13,399 bases of DNA from Alphaproteobacteria bacterium (GTDB lineage: Bacteria; Pseudomonadota; Alphaproteobacteria; Rs-D84): the NCBI GenBank assembly GCA_031549365.1, contig JAVBPX010000010.1:1-13399 (forward strand), in the 5' to 3' direction. The position numbers were made by a program, and so were the translations under genes. The stretch's first letter is position 1. The number at the start of each line of letters is the position of its first letter. Under the pieces are notes generated by a model that saw nothing but the letters and a program-made list of their open reading frames with translations, was not told where the DNA came from and did not search any database. Of the stretch, positions 7,804 to 13,399 are shown piece after piece.

Positions 7804-7838
7804 GCACGCATATAAACATACACGACCCCGCAAAAAAA
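7804..7838 (+). repeat. TGTAT-N6-ATACA palindromic element, degenerate copy C
   Basis: gcacgcatataaacatacacgaccccgcaaaaaaa aligns with copy A (gcatgtatataaacatacatgaaccctcgaaaaaa). Confidence 0.65.
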
Positions 7839-7860
7839 CAAGAAACGCGCCCAAAGGCGC
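7831..7860 (-). terminator. Putative intrinsic terminator downstream of efp
   Basis: Minus strand gcgcc-tttg-ggcgc followed by gtttcttgttttttt. Confidence 0.55.
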
Positions 7861-7879
7861 ATTTTCAATATTACAAAAA

Positions 7880-8011
7880 CGAAATAACGCCAAAATTATG
7901 TAGCTACAACGAATTTATCCCATTTTCAAGCCCGCGGTGTATATAGACATACATAAGGGTTTGAAAATGGGATAAACTTGTTGGTAAATGCGTGATTTTC
8001 GCGTTATTTCG
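7880..8011 (+). repeat. 132-bp long palindromic element (RPE/MITE-like), intact copy D, overlapping the efp 3' end
   Basis: Terminal cgaaataacgc/gcgttatttcg (11-bp perfect pair), inner tttatcccattttcaa/ttgaaaatgggataaa (16-bp perfect pair) and apical tgtat-atagac-ataca. Confidence 0.9.
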
Positions 8012-8567
8012 CTCGTTCGACGTATTCCAACGTTTCGGTATTTACAACTACTTTCTCATCTTGCTCAACAAAAGTTGGAACCATGATTCTGACTCCATTG
8101 TCCAAAATCGCAGGCTTGTTGGATGATGCGGCTGTTTGTCCTTTGACTACCGGTTCTGTTTCAACCACAGTTGCAATAACAGTTTTCGGCAAAGTAACAG
8201 AAACAGGCTTTCCTTCGATAAAGCTGACCTGCACAGTCATACCATCTGCCAAAAATTTCATTTGGTCGCCCAAGCTGTCATTTGCCAATGTAAATTGTTC
8301 ATATGATGATAAATTCATGAAATAACAATCCGTACCATCTGTGTATAAAAATTGGCAATCTAAATCCTCGACCAACAATTTTTCAACAGTATCTTCTGTT
8401 CTCCAACGTTCATTTGCTTTGGAACCAGAATCGACATCTTTCATTTCAACCTGAACAAAAGCTCCACCCTTCCCTGGTTTAACTTTATAAACACTGGTTA
8501 CCGTATAACGACGTTTGTTGTGTTCAATAACCCAACCCGCGCGGATTGAATTTGCACTTTGTTTCAT
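8004..8567 (-). CDS. efp: Translation elongation factor P
   Basis: KPGKGGAFVQVEMK loop, VKGQTAASSNKPAILDNG and VNTETLEYVERA; 187 aa. AAAGGA RBS. Confidence 0.98.
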   Translation of the reverse strand: MKQSANSIRAGWVIEHNKRRYTVTSVYKVKPGKGGAFVQVEMKDVDSGSKANERWRTEDTVEKLLVEDLDCQFLYTDGTDCYFMNLSSYEQFTLANDSLGDQMKFLADGMTVQVSFIEGKPVSVTLPKTVIATVVETEPVVKGQTAASSNKPAILDNGVRIMVPTFVEQDEKVVVNTETLEYVERAK

Positions 8568-8593
8568 AATCTATCCTTTTGGCTAACACCGGC

Positions 8594-8621
8594 ATTATAA
8601 CGACATATTTGAACATTTCAA
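8594..8621 (-). promoter_or_regulatory. Putative sigma70 promoter of efp
   Basis: Minus strand TTGAAA-N16-TATAAT, 26 bp upstream of the ATG. Confidence 0.6.
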
Positions 8622-8812
8622 GCAATTTCAGTCCAAAACCTCTGCATCAACACGCCTTTAAAATAAATCCACACCAAACTCAAATCCAGTCCACTGGTCT
8701 GTTCGAAAAATTGCGTCGACAATTTTTCCATGACAAACCGAACTCATAATAACCAAAAAATTAAATCAAAATACCATGGTTGGCTGCGCTTTCAAGTACT
8801 GATTTAAACGTT

Positions 8813-10111
8813 TTACTTAACTAGTTTAAGGCCACTATACTTACTTTCCACAGCCCCTCTCATTTCCTCTAATATCCCAATAACCATGGAAACCGATGTT
8901 GCGCTTTTTAAACGAGTCTCGGTATCCGTAATCGCGGCAGTTCCTGGGTTTTCGGCATTAACAGCATCAACCATCATTTGCGACAAATTACTTAATGCCA
9001 AACTCTGCATTACTGCTTCTTTGGTTTTCAAATTCCAAAAATATTGACTTCCTTCATACGGTCTGATTTCATCGGACACAACAATTCTCGAAGCAATTGA
9101 CCCTGTATATCCAACCATTACTGACCCGGCTCGAACTTGACCATTATTAATCGACAAATGCTGATTAACACCCAGCTCGGATTTAACCCCTCCAACCGCA
9201 TTTATAGTAAATAAATTCAACGTATTTGTTCTCAACACACCCGTATTTACTTGTTTAAAATAAGCATCCTTTTGCAAAACCAGCCCTCGTGATAAAACAA
9301 TATTTTGATTTTCCAACCCTAAATTTCCACGAACATACGCATCATTTTTGATTGATAATCCTTTTGTAATTGTCATAAACCTACTGAATTCAGCAACATT
9401 TGCATTTAAATTTTTTGCCGTTACTTGTTCAGTAAAATTCGCAACTTCTGGCTCTAATTTTCCCAAATCCATAATATCATGCTGGTTCATATCCATATCT
9501 GTATCCATCGTATTTTCACTCCGGTTCACAGACGCTATGCGCAACAATGAATCTGTTTTTTGTGATTTTAACTGAGTATTCATCAACACGGCATTTTCTG
9601 AAATATTAACATTCCATAAATGCGAAGATTGTTGCCATGTTCCGTAACTTCCATATAATTGTTTTTGCTCGGCATATCCTCCGCGCTCACCCACAGCCAA
9701 TGAAATCTGCCGCGTACGTAACGGTGAAAAGTTTGGATTATTCGCAACAACCAATCCCTGAACAAATGATCGGCCCTTGGCATCAGTTGTTTTAATTAAA
9801 CGCAAACTGTACTGAATCCCATATTTATTATTTTCATTATTAATTTGCTTGGTCAAACCATAGTTATGTAAATCTGCTAATTTAACCTGATAAACAGCCC
9901 CTCCTGGTGTCCCTATTAACTGCGGTTCTTTATCTTCAATATATTGATCCAAAGCCGCCTGAATCATCTGCATTTCACGAACAATTGCAACATCTTGCGC
10001 ACGATGATTCCGCTCGACATTTTGTCGATATAAAATTGGAAATATTGTGCCAATAATTGCAATCATTAATAACAATTCCAATAACATGGCTCCGCGATAA
10101 TTTTTCATCAT
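8813..10111 (-). CDS. PilV/Shufflon_N-like type IVb minor pilin/adhesin, paralogue 3
   Basis: Class III signal peptide MMKNYRG|AMLLE plus hydrophobic helix. GGYAEQKQLYGSYGTW and LLR..NTMDTDMDMNQHDI resemble the PilV constant-region motifs. ATGA overlap with the upstream gene. Confidence 0.78.
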   Translation of the reverse strand: MMKNYRGAMLLELLLMIAIIGTIFPILYRQNVERNHRAQDVAIVREMQMIQAALDQYIEDKEPQLIGTPGGAVYQVKLADLHNYGLTKQINNENNKYGIQYSLRLIKTTDAKGRSFVQGLVVANNPNFSPLRTRQISLAVGERGGYAEQKQLYGSYGTWQQSSHLWNVNISENAVLMNTQLKSQKTDSLLRIASVNRSENTMDTDMDMNQHDIMDLGKLEPEVANFTEQVTAKNLNANVAEFSRFMTITKGLSIKNDAYVRGNLGLENQNIVLSRGLVLQKDAYFKQVNTGVLRTNTLNLFTINAVGGVKSELGVNQHLSINNGQVRAGSVMVGYTGSIASRIVVSDEIRPYEGSQYFWNLKTKEAVMQSLALSNLSQMMVDAVNAENPGTAAITDTETRLKSATSVSMVIGILEEMRGAVESKYSGLKLVK

Positions 10112-11547
10112 CCTTCGCCTCCTTCTTCACCCTCTTCCTCACCTTCTTCTAAATCAATACCACCCTTTGTCTTTAATTTATACCATTCTTTTTCCAAAAT
10201 TAATGGTGTCCCATTTCGACCCAATTGAATTAAAATATAATTATCAACAGTATAACTAAAACTTGTTAATCCTAATAATGTCAGCTTCGCAAATGACGGA
10301 GGCGTCGGCCCCTTATAATTATTTTGCGCAGGGTTCAGAGAATAACTCCAATACCCAAATTTAATCGGAGTATATTCACCCTCTCGTAATATTTCGTTTG
10401 AAATAGCCAATCCAAAATCCCCGGCAAATGTTAATGTTGTTGTTTTAACATACGGCACACTCATTGTGCGCGCAACAATCTTATTAAAAAATGACAAAGT
10501 ACGGGTACTATCAGACTTTGCTTCCAACAATTCCCCAACCCACAATTCTTTGGACACTGCCGTCCTGTTCGCAACGATTTTTCCTTGTTGGTGATAATTT
10601 TGATTTTCCAAATCACCAACTTCTTGATTGCTTAACCCGCCAAAAAACTTTGGAACCTGAATTTCCTTGGCTCCCATAATTTCTTCTGTAACCCGCATGC
10701 TTTGCATTGATGTTTTTTGATCTGATGACTGATCATTAATCGGAATAATCTTGGCCCCCTGAAAGAAAAACCCTTCATTCGCCTTTAATTCTTCGGCATT
10801 TATAAAATAACTACTGATATTTGTCCCAACATTTAAAATATTTCCAAATAAATCGCGCACATTATTTAAATCATGTTTTTTTAAACCTTCTCCCAAATAT
10901 AACGTTGTCTCCATTGAATTTAATGCAGTACGTGATCCCAACTTCAAACGATGTAAATATTGATTGTTTTGAACCAATTTGTTTGTAGCGTCAATTCTGT
11001 ACGCAACAACATTGTCTTCGCCCTTCCAATCCGTAATAGACCAAGATCCCAAAATACTATAAATATTTCCATCCGCCTCGACCGCCCCTCCGGCCATCCC
11101 CAACACAGACGCAATATGATGCGCACGAAACATATTAATACTCTTGTCCATGTCAACAATCATATACGCATTAACAACCATGTTTCCCCGACCCGTCGTG
11201 GATTTATTAATCAATACAGATTTTCCATCAATAAAATTTTTAAATCTCTGATTTTCGGGATCCGCTCCAAAAGGCTTTAACTCTTCATAAAAAGATTCGC
11301 TTGGAATAACTTTTTGAACGGTGGCTGGCCAAGAAACCTGTTTAACCCTAATATAATTTAAAATTGGTTCTTCATATCCTTGAATATACCTGGCAATTCC
11401 AATATCCGACAAATCGCGGGTTGTTTCAAATATTTTTTGATAAGCAAAAGGCGCAATCATCCCAACAATAGCCATAGCCAATATGACCTCAAACATACTG
11501 GCTCCTCGCTCTGTCTTTGAAAAATCTTTTTTTAATCTTTCCAACAT
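10108..11547 (-). CDS. PilV/Shufflon_N-like type IVb minor pilin/adhesin, paralogue 2
   Basis: ..KTERG|ASMFE plus hydrophobic helix; IASVLGMAGGAVEADGNIYSILGSW; YLHR..LNSMETTLYLG..HDLNNV; acidic C-terminal tail. Confidence 0.75.
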   Translation of the reverse strand: MLERLKKDFSKTERGASMFEVILAMAIVGMIAPFAYQKIFETTRDLSDIGIARYIQGYEEPILNYIRVKQVSWPATVQKVIPSESFYEELKPFGADPENQRFKNFIDGKSVLINKSTTGRGNMVVNAYMIVDMDKSINMFRAHHIASVLGMAGGAVEADGNIYSILGSWSITDWKGEDNVVAYRIDATNKLVQNNQYLHRLKLGSRTALNSMETTLYLGEGLKKHDLNNVRDLFGNILNVGTNISSYFINAEELKANEGFFFQGAKIIPINDQSSDQKTSMQSMRVTEEIMGAKEIQVPKFFGGLSNQEVGDLENQNYHQQGKIVANRTAVSKELWVGELLEAKSDSTRTLSFFNKIVARTMSVPYVKTTTLTFAGDFGLAISNEILREGEYTPIKFGYWSYSLNPAQNNYKGPTPPSFAKLTLLGLTSFSYTVDNYILIQLGRNGTPLILEKEWYKLKTKGGIDLEEGEEEGEEGGEG

Positions 11548-11559
11548 ACTACTCGCTTG

Positions 11560-13026
11560 TTATAAATACATCTTTTTGCATAATTCTTTTCCAATCTCGC
11601 CTTCATTGATTAAACAGTTCATAATGTCTAATCTTTTTTGAATACGAATGTAATAGGCATAAGTACAAACTAAATATTGCGATAAACTATTTTTATTATA
11701 AGTATATCCCAAATCATACATATAATTTTCACATGTTTGCGTCGCACCTGTCTGGTCATGCACACCTCTTGGGATCAAAATCTTTCCATTGTCAATGCTT
11801 GTTAAATAAACATCAGGCAGCCTGGATTCTGACGCCAACCTGATTGATAACACACTTAAACTTTCATCTGATCTTTCTGCCAAAGCCTGATAATTTTGAT
11901 CCTGAACTGTAATATGCCCTGCATATAATTTTTCTGTCTCGATTCCGTATAAAACCACACCATCTTCTGTCTCTGTTTCAACCGGACGCGGCACATGTAA
12001 ATACGATTTAATTTCCAAAGAATCGACATCATAAAATCTGAAATTTGTAAAACTAGCATTTTCACGAATATTCCAAACCGCCGGCCCGGAAAAAGATTGC
12101 GGCGAAACATCGGCCTGCTTATATTCATAAACCGAAACCAAATCCGCAGTTAAAACCCCTGGATCCCCATGCACAGAAATATCTTTCACAGACATAACAT
12201 TTGCCATTAAAGCCTGACGCGAAATATCCAGCGCATTTCCAGACAAATCTTGATTTTGAAAAAACACAGAATTAAAACTCATCCGCCCAATCGTATTGGT
12301 CCTACGTGATTCCTCGGTTCCATCAACTCGCAAAACTTTGGTTGACACATTATCAAAATTACCCGTCATCGCTTCAACCTTGGCAACGTTTTGAATATCA
12401 TGTCCCCCCATATATAATGTTGTCTGCATTGCGCTCTGACTGGATGACCCGGTCTTTCTGCGTGATAACAATTCACTAATTTCTGATTCACTTGGAACCT
12501 TCATGTAAATATGATCTTCTGCTAATTTTAAATTATATGTCGTTGGATCTTCTTCCCAAGCACCAGTCGCACCAACTAATAACCCAGTATCTTCATCCAA
12601 CGTTGCGCCATAAAATCCCAACCGTTGTGCAATTTCAATACGACGAAAACCAGATAACCTGTGCTTACTGGCATCAACATCAATCAGCACCAACGTTCCA
12701 CCAGGATTATTTGCAATAATAACCGAAATCGGATGTCCCAGAGGAGTAATAGGCTTAAACCCAATCGGCAAACCATATGGTTCCAACACTCGAACCAATA
12801 AATCTTTGTCCAAAATTGTGCGTCCTTCCGGCATAGAATCTTCTTCCGTCGCCAAAAACAACTTGGTCGATTGATAAACATTTTCGACCTGCCGTTGCAT
12901 CGCGACATTTTCCTGTAACGTACGACGATCGGCCAACTTCTGCACCATCATAGGCATAAAAGCAATCACAATCGTCAACATCAACAATGCTTCGAATAAA
13001 AAATCACCAGCAATGGTTTTTCTCAA
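11560..13026 (-). CDS. PilV/Shufflon_N-like type IVb minor pilin/adhesin, paralogue 1
   Basis: TTG start with GGGAG 7 nt upstream. MRKTIAG|DFLFE plus hydrophobic helix; LEPYGLPIGFKPITPLG; IAQRLGFYGA..LVGATGAW; LLSR..MQTTLYMGGHDIQNV; four C-terminal Cys. Confidence 0.75.
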   Translation of the reverse strand: MRKTIAGDFLFEALLMLTIVIAFMPMMVQKLADRRTLQENVAMQRQVENVYQSTKLFLATEEDSMPEGRTILDKDLLVRVLEPYGLPIGFKPITPLGHPISVIIANNPGGTLVLIDVDASKHRLSGFRRIEIAQRLGFYGATLDEDTGLLVGATGAWEEDPTTYNLKLAEDHIYMKVPSESEISELLSRRKTGSSSQSAMQTTLYMGGHDIQNVAKVEAMTGNFDNVSTKVLRVDGTEESRRTNTIGRMSFNSVFFQNQDLSGNALDISRQALMANVMSVKDISVHGDPGVLTADLVSVYEYKQADVSPQSFSGPAVWNIRENASFTNFRFYDVDSLEIKSYLHVPRPVETETEDGVVLYGIETEKLYAGHITVQDQNYQALAERSDESLSVLSIRLASESRLPDVYLTSIDNGKILIPRGVHDQTGATQTCENYMYDLGYTYNKNSLSQYLVCTYAYYIRIQKRLDIMNCLINEGEIGKELCKKMYL

Positions 13027-13055
13027 ATAAAAACTCCCTTTCCCTTAATGGGTAT

Positions 13056-13084
13056 AGTATAGAAAACCCCGCAAAAAAAGTCCA
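13056..13084 (-). promoter_or_regulatory. Putative sigma70 promoter of the pilV-like operon
   Basis: Minus strand TGGACT-N17-TATACT, 29 bp upstream of the TTG start. Confidence 0.5.
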
Positions 13085-13118
13085 GTCCATTCAAAAACAA
13101 TATTGATAAAAAACAATC

Positions 13119-13197
13119 GTCATCCCAAACTTATTTCGGGATCAAAAAACCATTGCAACGCAATGCAATTCGTCATTACGAGCGCATCGCACCAATC
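13119..13197 (+). repeat. Cluster of GTCAT-led REP-like modules
   Basis: gtcatcccaaacttatttcgggatc (hairpin), cattgc-aac-gcaatg and gtcattacgagcgcatcgcaccaatc. The same modules occur at 107-166 and 290-325. Confidence 0.7.
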
Positions 13198-13211
13198 CCA
13201 ACCATTATATT

Positions 13212-13366
13212 TTGTCATCTCTCGGCAGCCATAACTCCGTGGCAATCTTTATCTCGGCGAAACAACGTGCAGACGGATCATTGCAATTAAAAACCATCTC
13301 GCCCCAACGGGGAGAGATAATAAAACATATGATCTTTGATCATCATGTTTTATAGAGAGGGGGAAA
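13212..13366 (+). repeat. Multi-hairpin dispersed repeat, copy 3
   Basis: Near-identical to copy 2 from caatctttatctcggcg to gagaggggg, with a more diverged 5' GTCAT module. Same orientation as copies 1 and 2. Confidence 0.95.
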
Positions 13367-13399
13367 TAAAAACAATAACCACAATTAAACCACCCCAAA

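Noticed and set aside
10047-10054. gtgccaat, resembling the shufflon sfx core
   Set aside because: It is an isolated match in the N-terminal hydrophobic helix coding region of paralogue 3, not at a constant/variable junction. I saw no partner sites or recombinase.
1210-12908. Short antisense and alternative-frame ORFs of 61-125 aa in the ORF track
   Set aside because: All are nested in or overlap well-supported genes and show no recognisable motifs, as expected for shadow ORFs.
429-13026. All genes on one strand, with a visibly C- and A-rich + strand
   Set aside because: Consistent with ordinary leading-strand co-orientation and skew. Not quantified and not unusual.
1-13399. Circular element, plasmid or prophage suggested by matching ends
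   Set aside because: The end copies differ by substitutions and 3' flanks, the cargo is core chromosomal genes, and there is no replication, integration or virion gene.

Overview
A low-GC, apparently alphaproteobacterial chromosomal segment (taxonomy inferred from protein signatures and gene order) in which all 11 credible genes lie on the minus strand. In transcription order (right to left): three tandem PilV/Shufflon_N-like type IVb minor pilins with unrelated C-termini and no shufflon recombinase in the window; efp; an operon joining a compact lipoprotein secretin (PilN/BfpB-like, apparently with shortened gate loops) to lolC/E and lolD; and a tightly coupled dacA-holB-tatD-smpB operon that lacks the tmk and metG genes usually found there in Alphaproteobacteria. 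DacA has SGG in place of the SxN motif. The intergenic DNA is a mosaic of small palindromic elements. A ~150-bp multi-hairpin repeat occurs twice in tandem at the left end and once at the right end. A GTCAT-led module family and a four-copy TGTAT-N6-ATACA family are also present; one copy of the latter forms a 132-bp hairpin that includes the efp stop codon. The best candidate for an undescribed system is a chromosomal type IVb pilus whose tip may use three different PilV paralogues instead of shufflon inversion, together with a minimised secretin. All homology calls come from reading motifs by eye; no searches were run.
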